64,000 nt of DNA, taken from positions 60,636,001 through 60,700,000 of the forward strand of contig OZ024745.1 of assembly GCA_964016885.1 (NCBI GenBank). The letters run 5' to 3'. The notes beneath the pieces were generated by a model. It searched no databases and had not been told where the DNA came from. It saw only the letters and a program-made list of their open reading frames with translations. The position numbers were made by a program, and so were the translations under genes. How positions within the stretch are numbered: the stretch's first letter is position 1; every line of letters begins with the position of its first letter. This document shows, piece by piece, positions 28,382-44,307 of this stretch. Origin of the DNA: Eledone cirrhosa (Eukaryota).

Positions 28382-29041
28382 CAAAGGTTCTCAACGGGGG
28401 GAGGGGGGGCATATGCACCCCCGAGGGGTGTTTCGGAACTCCAGGGGGGCGTTTGGGAGCAAGGTCGCGTTAGGGGGGTGTTTGGAGCTGGGGGAGGGGG
28501 GTTAGGGGGCGCTGGAAGGCTCGTGTGAATGCATTTGAATGAGCTTGCATAACTATAGTCTGACCGCAGCTGTGAGCAGGTGTGCAGGCATGCCTGGTAA
28601 TGGAGACGTTAACCGGTAATTGAGATCCTAAAAATGGAAAAACCCACAGTCAACTGGGTCAAAGACATTTGGGCGCAGCCAGTTAGAATCTTATCTTTCC
28701 TTCACCGATAACAATGTATTTCATGTCTGAAATTATTGATTCAACTGCAACGAGTTAACACTATGTAGATCTATTTTATTCCCTATTGTATAATTAATAT
28801 TACAAATAAAAAAAAAAAGAAAAGAAAAAACAGAAGCGAGTAGCACACACATCACAACATACAACACAATCAGATAATACACACATCTTTGGAATATTGT
28901 TAATCAATTTTTTAGTAATCTACTGATATAAAAATCAGTAATATATTGAAAAATGTAAAATGGGGAGGGGGGGGGGGGGGGCGTTTCGTGATTTCGCGGG
29001 ACAAAAGGGGGCGTTTGGCCTAAATGGGTTGAGAACCTGTG
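28382..29041. mobile_element. hAT-type MITE
   Basis: TIRs caaaggttctcaac / gttgagaacctgtg; 8-bp TSD ttctatac. Confidence 0.85.
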
Positions 29042-29433
29042 TTCTATACTAATACCCTTACTGGTATAAAGATGTTGATAGTTGGAAAGACTCATTTTCT
29101 TTTATATATACACATATATACACCAGGTCCGAACACAAAAGAACCAAACTCCCACTGTCACTGCCTCCGTCTCTTCCGCTCTCCCCATCTCTCACTATTG
29201 TGAGCAAATAGGGGCTCACACGTTTCCTCGGAGGATGATCAGCGAGATGTACTGGAAGAGCCATTCCAGCTCGCGAGGCTGAACTTAATGATTTTAAAGG
29301 TTTGGAAAGATGGGAAAGATGGGATTAACCAAATTTCGAGGAACTAATGGATAGAGTGGGGAGACGGGTGAGTGGGATGTGTCTGAGAGAGGTTACACAA
29401 GACCAGCCAGTTCCGAGGAGCAGAGGTCACAGC

Positions 29434-29511
<78 letters not shown>

Positions 29512-31163
29512 GGTGGTGGTGGTTGCTGTTGCTGTTGTTGTTGTTGTTGCTGCTGCTGCTGCTGTAAACAAAGCAGAGACATGAAACAAGTTTATGGCCA
29601 AGCAATTAGGGTGTATTTGTGAGAACTTTGTATCAATCAGTCTTGTGGATTGGCACGAGAAAGCAAATATCCAATAGAGCTTCTATCTAGGAAAATTGAA
29701 CAAGAGGATGCGGAGAATAAAACTGGTTGTCGCCGATAAATGTTGGTTGTTTGTGACTGTTTCCAGGATCTGTGAGATGCTAAAATAATAATTTCTACTA
29801 TAAGCATAAGGCAGCAATTTTGAGGGAAGGGGAGAAAGTTGATTAAGTTGACCCAGTGCATTACTGGTACTTTATTTTATCGACCCCGTAAGGATGAAAG
29901 CCAAAGCTAATCTCGGCGGGATTTGAACTCAGAACGTAAAGGGCCATAACTCTATGCTGAAAAGCATATTGTTCAACGCTCTACCAATACTGCTAATCCA
30001 AATAATAAGAGTGATAAGGCGATACTTCTCAGTTTCAGATATAAGCCAGTCTTATTACCTAACCGTAAATCTCCAGGACACGGGTTAATTTTAACTCAGC
30101 ACTACAACCCAATGAATCATTTGTCACTTTATAGAAATGGAATTGCTTACAAAGGGTGTGGACCACACACCTTGCGGTATCTATTTACACGTAAGTCGAT
30201 TAAACAAAAAAAGCCTTTGACAGTGTACGAAGCTCATCGCTGATGAGACAATGCGAATCTCTGGTTCTTTACCTATTTGTTCCCTACTCTATGAAATCGG
30301 TCATCTTACGTTTCATTCAAGCCTAATTACTTACTGTAGACTCTCAAAACTTTAAACACTGATTGATATTCATATCAAGTGTTAAACTTAGCTATCAATG
30401 TATCAAGGTTTGTTCATAAATATATTTAACCATAATACGGTTGTTGACCTATTTGAATAGAGATCTTAACTCTGACTTAACCCTTTACCAACAAATTCCC
30501 GTTGATTGATAGAAAAGGTGAAGGTTATTGGTCGTTATAGAATCTAAGATATTCCCAAAATAAATATATTGTACTACTTGATTAATACAATTATCTGCTT
30601 TAAACAGCAATCAAATAATCAAGAGATAGATGATAGCTGAACATCTGATTCTCTGTATCATGTATGTCACCTTGTCCGATAATAAATACCGATATATTTT
30701 AAACACCACTTCAATTTCAATGATACTTCAGTATCATGCCACAGTAGCAAGCATGTATTTCTTATACATATGTGTAAGATAATAATTGTATAATTTGGTT
30801 GCTTTTTGATCTCCGCCGAAAGAGTTGGATATGGTGGTAAATATTCAGATCAAAATATCCTATGTGAGTTCAAGTCTAGCCATGCTCATTTTTGTGTTTC
30901 CAAAGCTCTAAAATGCATCGTAAATACACTTGGCCGGTACCAATTTAGGAAAAAATAATTGCTTTAATAGGCAGCGAGTTGGCAGGGCCGTTAGAGCATC
31001 CTCAGATAGAACGATTTGCGATATTCGTTCCGGCTAGCTGCGCAGTGTTCAAATCCTACCGAAATTAACTTTATTTTCCATACTTTAGAAGACGATAAAT
31101 AAAGTACTTGTCCAGTACTCTGGTCGAACCTTCTTCTGTCTCCTTTTATCACTTCCTCTCGAT

Positions 31164-31196
<33 letters not shown>

Positions 31197-31217
31197 ACAC
31201 ACGCACACACACACACA

Positions 31218-31294
<77 letters not shown>

Positions 31295-31399
31295 TCTCTC
31301 TCCCCTCTCTCTCTCCCTTTCTTTCTCTTGAAGAAATTGATTGTATTCAGACCTGGAGAGTGATGGGTTCAACGAGGTATGTATATAATGACCCGGGAG

Positions 31400-31790
31400 T
31401 TACGGGTTAAATGAAAGAAGAACGATTGTTTTATTCGTAAAACGATGCCGTGTGGTTTCTTAAAAAATGACAAACCTTTTAGTTTACAGTAACTTTCGTC
31501 AGAAAATAAGATATAGCTGTAAAATTTGTTTTGGAGCTGGATAAAAATAGCAAGATCCTGGATGCAGAAAATGAAATGTTTAATCAAAGATTTTAATCAT
31601 TATGGGAAAGGAAGACTAAAAATAATGTTATAATAAGGAGACGAGATCGTGTGGGAGTGTGTAAAAATAGACATTTTAGGAGTCGCTTTAAGTTATACTT
31701 TATACAACACATGTGACCGATTGTTGTCGCTGTTAAGAGTGTTGTTTTCGTCATATTCAATAGAAACTTCCTGAACAGCATCCTGAATAG
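31400..31790 (-). pseudogene. Possible Tc1/mariner transposase remnant
   Basis: FYSYILFSDESYCKLKG resembles the first catalytic Asp motif; heavily degraded. Confidence 0.4.
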
Positions 31791-32589
31791 CATCCTGGAT
31801 ATGCTTCAATCCTGGATATCCTTCAATTTACGCTTAATAGCGTTTTATAATCCGGCTAACGGTAATATTTGGATTCGCAATTTATTGAAAATGTTGCTTT
31901 TATTTATTATTATTTGTGGGTTTTGGGGCGGTGGATTGTCAGAATCGGTAGAGCGTCGGAGACAATGCTTCGCGGCATACTTTGTGTTCCCTTACGTCCC
32001 TTTGTGTTCTGAGTTCAAATCCCGCCTAGGTTAACTTTGCCTTTCATCCTTAAGGGGTCGATAAAATAAAGTACCAGTCACGCACTGGGGTCGATTTAAT
32101 CGACTTTCCCCTCCCTCAAATTGTTGGCCTTGTGCCTAAATCAGAAATCATTATTTGTGTTTTATTTCCAATTCTTACCTAGTGTCTTCCCAACACACTG
32201 GGCAGAGAAGAAACTCACTGTATACATTGATAAGCCATAACAATAAACACAACAGATTGTTCACGACACGCATCTTACACAGTTTCAAGTATATATATCA
32301 TTTGCTTTATACATGTGCACATTATCTGATTAAAATCATATTTACAACAGAATGATAATCAATCGTATAAGAGTGCTCGATTAGTTACAACTTACATAAT
32401 TATGGAATATGATCAAATAAAGTTATGGAAACAATTTACATAGGTGATTATCATTCTCACAGCGATAGTGCTCTTCTCAATACGTGTGCCTTATCAATTA
32501 AAACAATTTGTTTGCACTTTTTGCAGTGATGGTAAGCCAAAGATCATTCTAAAACAATTTTCTGTTCCTTTTTTGTATCATTCCTAATG

Positions 32590-32905
32590 TTCTTACAATC
32601 GCTGGTATTTGCCATGCAGAGGTTTCTGCTCCCACTTCGATGTTGATTGTTCTTGCCTTTTCTTCTTAGCCATTAATTTTACTTGCTTTGAAACAACATT
32701 TGCCACAGTTCTCGGCCTGTCCAGCCTGGATATTAGTCATAAGATCAGTAGCTAGTGTTTTGATCAGTAGCTAGTGTTTTGCTCACTTTCAAAATAGAAT
32801 GAAGCTTCTTACTCCTCTCAAGTTTTTCAACAAGTTTAGCATCCTGTCGTTTGTTGTTTCAAGATATTTGGCCAGTCCAATTGTGATTGTTTTATAAGAC
32901 AGTTA
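32590..32905 (-). pseudogene. R4/Dong-like non-LTR remnant
   Basis: KTITIGLAKYLETTND.ML..ERSKKLHSI and KWEQKPLHGKY, across frameshifts. Confidence 0.55.
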
Positions 32906-33467
32906 TTATTATTGGCAGAATCGTAAGAGCGTCGGACAAATGTTTAGCAGTATTTGTTCCGTTATTCTTTACGTTCTGGGTTTAAATGTCGCCGAGGATA
33001 GCTTTGCATTTCATCCTTACGGGGTAGGTAAGATAAAGTACCAGTAACACACTGGGGTCTTGGCCTTGTGCCTAAATCAGAAACCATTATTAGGAGGGTT
33101 GTGGGATGGCAGAGTCGTTAGAGTGTCAGATAAAATGCTTTGCGGTATTTAGTTTGAGCCCTTTATGTTCTGACTTCAAATCTCACCAGAGTCAACTTTG
33201 CCTTTCATACTTCCGGGTCGACATAATAAAGTACCAGTTGAGTACTGGGGTCGATATAATCGACTTTCCTCTTCCCCACAAATTACTGGCTTGTGCCAAT
33301 ATTAGAAAGAATTATTATGCAAATTAGGATGAGGAGATGGAAGAGAATGGGGAGGTTGAGGAGAAGGAGGAAGCGGCTGGTGTTGATCAATGCAATGTTA
33401 TTCTTGTTTTGGCTGTTACCTTTAGTTTGACTTATTTTAGTATTTTTTTCTATTGGTCTGAAGGTAA

Positions 33468-33585
33468 GCTGGTTTTGGTCGAGCAGATACATCATGTGAA
33501 GGTAAGCTGGTTTTGGTCGAGCAGATATATCATCTGAAGGTAAGCTGGTTTTGGTCGAGCAGATATATCATCTGAAGGTCAGCTA
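33468..33585 (+). repeat. ~37-bp tandem repeat x3
   Basis: tgaaggtaagctggttttggtcgagcagata(c/t)atcat. Confidence 0.85.
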
Positions 33586-33774
33586 ATCGAACGCCTGGTA
33601 AGAGTACATTGTTCAAATATTCAAGCAATTTCAACGATTAATGCAATATTTCCCTTTCACTGTCAAAACTTCTAATATGGTGGAAGCCACATAACAACAT
33701 ACATACATACATACATACATACATACATACATACATACATACATACATACATACATACATACATACATACATAC

Positions 33775-34062
33775 ATGGTCGCTGCCGACTCGTTTTCGAG
33801 TACGGCCACTACTTTATATCCATGTAGGAGAACCCCTACCGATGCGCTAAACAAGTGTGACTTGAAAACTCTGGTACAAACACTACACTTGTGACAATGA
33901 TTGACACATAGTGCTGGGCCCATGGCACCATGTGACGACAAGTGCAGAGAGATCTCCAGATATAAAGCAATGCCTGTGCCGTGAAGCTTTTATAGTGAGC
34001 AAAGGCACTGCACAAAGCCAGTCCCACTCTCTTAAGCAAGATGATATTTACCCAAAAGAAGA
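33775..34062 (-). mobile_element. Fragment of the (TATG)n-associated element of 38240-39420
   Basis: Reverse complement of the 3' part of that unit; (TACA)n on both sides. Confidence 0.8.
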
Positions 34063-34469
34063 TACATACATACATACATACATACATACATACATACATA
34101 CATACATACATACATACATGTTTCTGCTTATATACTGTGAAAAATGAGAAAACTGGAAGTGTTACAACGCATCTCAAACACTCTCCTATAGAAGCAGTGT
34201 ATCTCTTGCTATTTCTATTGCTATTACAACAGCCTCTACAATATTGAATTAACTCGCTCTGCTTTCTCTATGCAAACTAACTCCATACAACTTTCCTTCA
34301 TCTCATTGTGTGTTGCCTCCCAGTTAATTAATGACAAATTTTGAGGGATTTACTAAAATTATTAATTATTTCACTACTAAGATAGTAACTAAATGTAAGG
34401 TACTTATATGAAATTTTAAAAACATTATATACACAAACAAAACATGAAAAATCATGAAAACAAGACAAA

Positions 34470-34780
34470 TCATCATCATCCGGCGGCCTCAGCCGAAATC
34501 GACTCAACAATTGATCTCCACGTGGTGCTGTCGTTCATTGCTATTGCCAAGTCCTGGATTTCAATACCAGAATCTCTGGAGATGACACCGAGATAGGAGA
34601 GCTTGCACCCCCTGTTATTAGTGACTGCTTGTGGGGACACAATCTCAAAGGTGGCACGATGGCAGTGGCCAGAAAATTTTACTTTCCTTTTACGTACAAC
34701 GACAGATATGCGTGGGAGGCCGGCATATGTTTTTTCTTTCAAAGTCAGATGTCGCTAGCTTATGTTCAAATGGGAAAGAC
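34470..34780 (-). pseudogene. RTE-like LINE extreme 3' end
   Basis: KFSGHCHRA..VISRDSG..DLAIAMND..WR; short (GAT)n tail. Confidence 0.65.
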
Positions 34781-36229
34781 TCATTCTCTCTTATATATAC
34801 ATATATACACTAATTCTTCTCATAAAAACCAGTCACATTTACAGATTTCGATCGGAATATCTTCAAACTAACTTCAAACCAGTTTGGAAGTCCCGGCAAA
34901 TGATACTGTATACTGCCTCTCATCCCATTGACTCAACGGATATATAAACACAACACTTTTGTAAATAGTATTTTGCCATAATAAATCTACACTAATACTA
35001 CTTACGGGAATTAAATCAGGTGTTTAATATAAAGATAAATCGATATCGTTGCAGATACATATGTATATATTTGTAACAGCCTATGAGAAGTGGTTTCCTC
35101 TTAATATCCTTCCACCAGTCCGGAAGTCCCTGAAAAGCTCATGACTTCCTCTGACTAAACTATAAAAAATTCAACTACCTCTTACTAGTCAAATACATTA
35201 CCAGTTACACCACATTATCTTTGCACACAATAGTATTAAACATAAGAGGAAGGAGGAGCCCAAATGTATGCAGTGTGAGTAATCTAATTTGCATAGCTAT
35301 GTAAATTTGGCAACCATTAAATATTCTCTTTGAATCAAACCCAGCTTGAACATTTAAAATTCAGTATCCAAAATATTATTTCCTATATAGTTACAAGCTG
35401 TCACGTATTTCTCAACAGAACGGTGAAGTTAAATAGAAATTGACAAATAATATTTTATATTTGAGAAGGGTCACGTTGTCCTCATGTTGCCAGAAAAAAA
35501 TATAGTAAAACACATTCAATTTTACTTTTTAACCTTTAGGGCTAAATAACAGAAAATACCATTCTAGCATTGGGGCTGAGCTTCATTTAATCAATTTTGT
35601 CCTTTTCCCAAAATTTGCTAGAATGGTGCCTAAATTAGAAATTATTCCAGTCTTCAACTGAAGTACAATACCAAGAAAACTTCTTTCTCCATTAATCAAA
35701 TGAGAAATGGAATAATTCTTTACCTGCACGACAAAGGTTTTACATATGTATATTTAATTGCCCGTGTGGTTGTGAACCACATGCCATTAGTTTTAGTCCT
35801 ATCACATACGATTTCTAAACGTAAGTAGTAAGTGATATATGTAAGTGATATGTCAAGAATGGATTTGACAGTTGGAGATTTATTAGAAACGCTGAAGTAA
35901 TCATTGTGTTAGTCTCCTAACTCATTGGCTCATAAGAATATTGCATGAAGACTTCCTCTTTAGAGTGAAGGTACGTGATCAAGTGGCCAGGATATTGGAC
36001 ATACGATCATAATGTTGTGGGTTCGATTGTTGGACCAAGCAAGTGTAGTGTGATGTGTTCTGGAGCAAAACAGTTAATTTCACGTTGCTCCAACATACTC
36101 TGCCGAAAATGAGTACTAGCAATAGCTGGGGATTTAACCCGGCAATGGTCTGGCGTCCTGGGCAGTAAAAAGTCTTGTACTGAAAGAGCCATTCCGACTT
36201 GCGGGGCCCAGTCATGCGATTGGTAAATC

Positions 36230-36480
36230 TTGATAGTAGCGAGCAGAGATGTGGTTCGAGGACCCAGAACGCCAGGATTTTCCAACGTCATAGGTTCAAC
36301 GTCAAAACTATTGGAGTGCGGCCGATACTCGAGACAACTTGCGATCTTCAAGTTGTCGGGTAAGAAACCTTGGTCTGCTGCTGATTTCAGAAAGCTGTCA
36401 CTAGAGAATGTGTCGCTACTTTTCGCGGCATTGGTGTTGTTGCAAAGCCAACAAATCGATAGACAAAAATGGAAAACAAA
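36230..36480 (-). pseudogene. CRE-like restriction-endonuclease-like domain remnant
   Basis: DTFSSDSFLKSAADQG..VEPMTLENPGVLGPRTTSLL. Confidence 0.45.
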
Positions 36481-36711
36481 CGTTTATACATTGACTCGTG
36501 GATTGAATAACATTCATTATTGATAATAAAAGGTTTCCAATCATTAATTTTCAAACATTTATTAAACCATTGTATAGCTCACCCTGCCAGAATTAGTAAC
36601 CAGCCCCCCCGCAAAATATACTGTACTGTGTTAGTCAGCAGAATTTGAACTTAGAGCGCAGAGAGCCGCAACAAACACCGCAAGGTATTTTGTATGACGT
36701 TTTAAACGGCA

Positions 36712-36749
<38 letters not shown>

Positions 36750-36903
36750 GACTACTACTACTACTGTTAAACGGTTTAGTGGCTATTCTGTTTTGGACAC
36801 TACCGCTTGTACTGAGACGTTTGTATCATTAATTACTGATGGCCGTGGAGAGTTTGGGCAGGAATCCTTACTGGAACTTATTAAAGACATTTTCATATAT
36901 AAA

Positions 36904-36998
<95 letters not shown>

Positions 36999-37230
36999 AT
37001 ATCCCGGGTTCAATCGGGGGTAACCACATAAAGTAAGGTACTCAATACGTATACACACACACACACACACATGTATATATGTGTGTGTGTGTTTATATAT
37101 ATATATATATATATACATACACACACACACACATTTATATACATATACATATACATATGCATATATATATACATATATATATATACATATATATATATAT
37201 ACATACATATACATACACACACAGACACAG

Positions 37231-37297
<67 letters not shown>

Positions 37298-37304
37298 CAT
37301 ACAG

Positions 37305-37355
<51 letters not shown>

Positions 37356-37362
37356 CATACAG

Positions 37363-37432
<70 letters not shown>

Positions 37433-37943
37433 TAAATCCCTCTTTAATCTCTACAATCATTTCTAAACAGGTGAGAGACGTGTAATACATGTCAACAATG
37501 AATCAATCGGATATGATTAATTCAATAATATATTCCACCCACCAGTAGAATTATTGAAGAGACAATCATTTAAAGTTTGGATGTTTGAAATACTTATGGT
37601 ATTTTAAACACGAATTCGAGTACACACACACACACCCACACATATACTCACACACACACACATACACCCACATACACACATACGCACATACACACATACA
37701 CACACACACATACGCATATATATATGTATATATACTTCCATGCATGTATATATATATATGATCAGAGCAAACATCACGGACGCTCTATCTCAAAATTATT
37801 TTTGAAAAGCATTTAGAAATGCTCAACCGGTAAAACTTAAAACCAAAACTGAATACTAACCAATACAATTACTAATTCTCACTTATTCCTAATTAAACTA
37901 TTTTTCACTGTGAACAATTTGTCAGCATTTTCTATTCCGTTTA

Positions 37944-38004
<61 letters not shown>

Positions 38005-38112
38005 ATACATTTATATGTGTATATGACCCTCCTCTACTTTGCGATTAATTATATCCTGCATAATTAAAAACTGGATGATGATGACGATGATATGTATACA
38101 CCCCACCATCAC

Positions 38113-38150
<38 letters not shown>

Positions 38151-38239
38151 GTATGTATGTATGTATGTATATATATATGTATGTATGTATGTATATATAT
38201 ATATGTATGTATGTATATATGTATGTATGTATATATGTC

Positions 38240-39420
38240 AGGTCACCAGTTGGTGCTACTGGTAACATGTATCCCAGTACAACCTGTCTCATGGTCGGGT
38301 CGTTGGCGACTAAACTGGCAACCCCACCAAGGTTTCTTGGTGAGGAGGGTGACTTTGGACATCCTGCAGGACCTAAAGCAGAACCTGTCAAAGGGCAAAG
38401 GAGCTCTTAAGAGTCAATGGCCATCCAAAATCACTGGGAGAGATGACCCCTTAGCCTTTGTCAAGGCAGAATTCTAGGAGAAGAAAAACTCTGATATAAC
38501 ACCTGCAGTCCTGATGGTATCCAATGATGTTGACTTGTTCTTCTTTTTGGTAAATATCATCTTGGTTAAGAGAGTGGGACTGGCTTTGTGCAGTGCCTTT
38601 GCTCACTATAAAAGCTTCACGGCACAGGCATTGCTTTATATCTGGAGATCTCTCTGCACTTGTCGTCACATGGTACCATGGGCCTAGCACTATGTGTCAA
38701 TAATTGTCACAGGTGTAGTGTTTGTACCAGTTTTCAAGTCGCTGGCTCGACTAAAGTCACATTTGTTCAGCGCATCGCTAGGAGTTCTTCTACATGGATA
38801 TAAAGTAGTGGCTACTCGAAAACGAGTTGGCAGCCACCATGTATATATGTATGGTAACATGTATCCCAGTACAACCTGTCTCATGGTCGGGTCGTTGGCG
38901 ACTAAACTGGCAACCCCACCAAAGTTTCTTGGTGAGGAGGGTGACTTTGGACATCCTGCAGGACTAAAAACAGAACCTGTCAAAGGGCAAAGGAGCTCTT
39001 AAGAGTTAATGGCCATCCAAAATCACTGGGAGAGATGACCCCTTAGCCTTTGTCAAGGCAGAATTATAGGAGAAGGAAAACTCTGATATAACACCTGCAA
39101 CCCTGATGGTATCCAATGATGTTCTTCTTTTTGGTAAATATCATCTTGTTTAAGAGAGTGGGACTGGCTTTGTGCAGTGCCTTTGCTCACTATAAAAGCT
39201 TCACGGCACAGGCATTGCTTTATATCTGGAGATCTCTCTGCACTTGTCGTCACATGGTACCATGGGCCCAGCACTATGTGTCATTAATTGTCACAAGTGT
39301 ACCAGAGTTTTCAAGTCGCTGGCTGGACTAAAAAGTCACACTCGTTCAGCGCATCGGTAGGGGTTCTCCTACATGGATATAAAGTAGTGGCCGTACTCGA
39401 AAACGAGTTGGCAGCCACCA
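38240..39420 (+). mobile_element. Tandem dimer of a ~580-bp non-coding element in (TATG)n
   Basis: 38261-38842 is near-identical to 38853-39422; both end gcagccaccatgta. Confidence 0.8.
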
Positions 39421-39422
39421 TG

Positions 39423-39473
<51 letters not shown>

Positions 39474-39474
39474 G

Positions 39475-39549
<75 letters not shown>

Positions 39550-39606
39550 ATATATATATGTATGTATATATATATATATATGTATGTATATATATATATA
39601 TATATG

Positions 39607-39663
<57 letters not shown>

Positions 39664-39706
39664 ATATATATATATATGTATGTATATATATATGTATGTA
39701 TGTATG

Positions 39707-39737
<31 letters not shown>

Positions 39738-39774
39738 ATATATATATATGTATATATATATGTATATATATATA

Positions 39775-39805
<31 letters not shown>

Positions 39806-39914
39806 GTATACATATATATATATATAAATATTTGCTCTACGGTTCTCATATATTTGATATATATTTATCCTTATCGAGCCCTCTTTGGATTTTAGTCTTC
39901 CAATTTATTATTAT

Positions 39915-39982
<68 letters not shown>

Positions 39983-40311
39983 ATGTATAAGGAGTGGGTG
40001 AGAGGGCGGTGGAGTAAAAATTACTGAATGTTTATTCCTTGATTTCCTAATGGAAAGGGCAAAAATTATTGTCTGCATATAAATGGTCGGGTGTGGTTTT
40101 TACGTACGACGTTAGTCAGTGGGAATAGGAAACGGACCTCCTTCGGTATCGACGATTAGTCTTCCAGTTGTTCGATCATTGAAACAGCACTCTGCTCATG
40201 AAAATAATGCGGAAGTGACTGAGCATTCATAGAAACGTGTATCTATTACGTAATTCTCATGGTGAGTCAGTATGTGACAAGGCTGACTTTTGAATTATAG
40301 ATACTCTAGTC

Positions 40312-40662
40312 CAGAGGTTCTCAAAGTGGGCGCTGACCCCACTCACCATTCGGGAGGGACGGGTTACGGGGGCGTAGTGGGGGACGCTATGAATTTATTA
40401 TTTATAATTTTATAATAGTATTGTATATATATATATGATGTAATAGCATATTAAATATCAAATGATACATATATAAACATAGTAAAATAAAGAAAATATA
40501 TATTTATATATATATAGTATATATTATATTATTTATTATATATAAATTAACGATTTTATTTATATATTATTTATAATTTGCGTGTAGGCAGGACTCTCTG
40601 GAAATAGGGGTGGAGGTGTAAATGGGGGGGGGGGGGTGACCCGAAAAGTTTGAGAACCTCTA
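40312..40662. mobile_element. hAT-type MITE
   Basis: TIRs cagaggttctcaaa / tttgagaacctcta; 8-bp TSD ctctagtc. Confidence 0.9.
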
Positions 40663-41179
40663 CTCTAGTCCATGCAACGGGCTTCCAAACAGTTTCCATC
40701 TAACCAGTTTCACTAACTTTGACGGACGGATAGCAAAAGGGAATGGAGAGAGAGGGGAGGGGAGAGGGGGGTTCAGAGAGATAGCTAGAGGGAGAGAAAG
40801 AGAAGAGAGAGAGAAAGAGAGAGAAAGATAATATATATATAGTTACAGAGAGATAGCTAGAGGGAGAGAAAGACAAGAGAGAGAGAGAGAGAGAAAGAGA
40901 ATATATATATAGTTACAGAGAGATAGCTAGAGGGGGAGAAAGAGAAAGCGAACAAAAAATAGGGGGGATGAAGAGTGGAGGAAGATAAGATAAATACAAA
41001 GAGATATGTAGAGAGAGAGAGGGGGGGTATAGAAAGTTACAGAGATTGGTAGAGAGAGAGTTAGACAAAGAAAAATTAAGTGAAAAAGACAGGATGAAAA
41101 AGAGAGATGAAGAAGATAAAGACAGATATAAAGTGACAGGTAGAGAGAAAGAGAAAGAGAGAGAAAGAAAGAAAGAGAG

Positions 41180-41268
<89 letters not shown>

Positions 41269-41629
41269 CGTGTGTGTGTGTGTGTGTGAAAGGAAGAAAA
41301 TGTATTGGTGAAAGATGATGTGCTTTGTGAATATATTCGTGAAATTAACGTGCAAGTGGCTGAGCATTCCACAGAAGCGTGCACCTTTAACATAGTTCTC
41401 TCAAGGCTGGTTCCTTCAACTACAGGTACAACTCACGTTTTCCATCTGAGTGGACTGGAGCAACATGATATAAAGTGTCTTGCTCAAGGAGACAACCAAC
41501 CACCTTGTCCTTGAATCGAAATCACGACCTTAAGATTGTAAGCTGAAAACTCTTAACAACCCCTCTCCCAAGTCACGCGCCTTCACGGCAATGCACTTGC
41601 ACAGCACGCGCTTCCACAGCACGCGCTTG

Positions 41630-41704
<75 letters not shown>

Positions 41705-41787
41705 GTGAGTATGTCAATGAACACTCCTTCATATCTGTAAATACCAAATAACACTCACACACAGGCAGATAAAAAGCGACACTGATT

Positions 41788-41868
<81 letters not shown>

Positions 41869-42212
41869 ACTCACACACCCACATAATTTTGCACGCGTAC
41901 AATGCAGACACTTGCGGAATAGAGGAATAGAAACCCAGTGGTACAGTAACATAGTTGCAGGCAGACATCACAAGTCTACAAGTATTCCCATTAGAAGGGC
42001 TAAAATATAGAACTTATTACGCCTTCAAACTGCTGCTAGTAGTACGCCACCTTCACGTAACGTTCATTAATTATATTATGGGAAGTGGTGACAAAAAGTA
42101 CAGAAAGGAAAATATGACGTCAACAGAAGCAGAATTAAGGCGAGGTGGTGGGGGCGAATATTTAAATCACTTAGAACTTAGATGAATAGAATAGCAGTCA
42201 ACTATTTTTTGT

Positions 42213-43208
<996 letters not shown>

Positions 43209-43219
43209 TATGTATATAT

Positions 43220-43363
<144 letters not shown>

Positions 43364-43364
43364 G

Positions 43365-43440
<76 letters not shown>

Positions 43441-43441
<1 letters not shown>

Positions 43442-43584
43442 CGAAGGAAATGTGGTAAGGAACCAGGTGGACCATAACGCACCAAAGTACTCAATACTTA
43501 GGGTAGTAGAGTGGTTAATAAGAATGAGTAGGACCCCGACGTCGAAACGGCTTGAGCTCAGCCGTCGGGGTCCTACTCATTCCT
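43441..43584. mobile_element. Family B HHR-half fold-back mini-element
   Basis: gaatgagtaggaccccgac..GAAAcggc..gccGTCggggtcctactcattc; tail is the reverse complement of 10580-10637. Confidence 0.75.
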
Positions 43585-43670
43585 ATATATATATATATGT
43601 AGATAAATACATTTTTTTGTTTAATATAAGGAACTGTTTCATTGTTTTATTCATTATTTTTTTAATATTT

Positions 43671-43756
<86 letters not shown>

Positions 43757-43828
43757 GGAGCTTCCAACCGACATGGTCGCATTCTTTAAGGGTATGTCAA
43801 TATTTGTTTATAAAACTGATCTATATTA

Positions 43829-43893
43829 TATTTTATCTGATGAAAGCGCACCATAATTTGCTTTGGTGTCCTTGAAATATGTATAATGAGATA
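43829..43893 (+). ncRNA. Type I hammerhead ribozyme
   Basis: tattttat-CTGATGA-aagcgcacca(loop)tggtgtcctt-GAAA-tatgt-ATA-atgagata. Confidence 0.8.
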
Positions 43894-44015
43894 AATATGG
43901 TTTTATAAATATAGTTTCCATTTGTTAATATGTTGTATTTTTACTCCAATAATTTGTTGAGTGCTTTATATCAGTTATAAAAATGCTGTCTTCCGAACAA
44001 ACTAAATATAACTTC

Positions 44016-44089
<74 letters not shown>

Positions 44090-44129
44090 TAGATATAGAT
44101 AAACACACATACATATATATATATGATAT

Positions 44130-44160
<31 letters not shown>

Positions 44161-44178
44161 CAAATATATATATATAAT

Positions 44179-44245
<67 letters not shown>

Positions 44246-44263
44246 TATATATATATATATAAT

Positions 44264-44307
<44 letters not shown>

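Noticed and set aside
30238-30262. CTGATGA followed by GAAT (similar lone cores near 25530, 31500 and 46985)
   Set aside because: No correctly placed GAAA, stem II or stem I pairing
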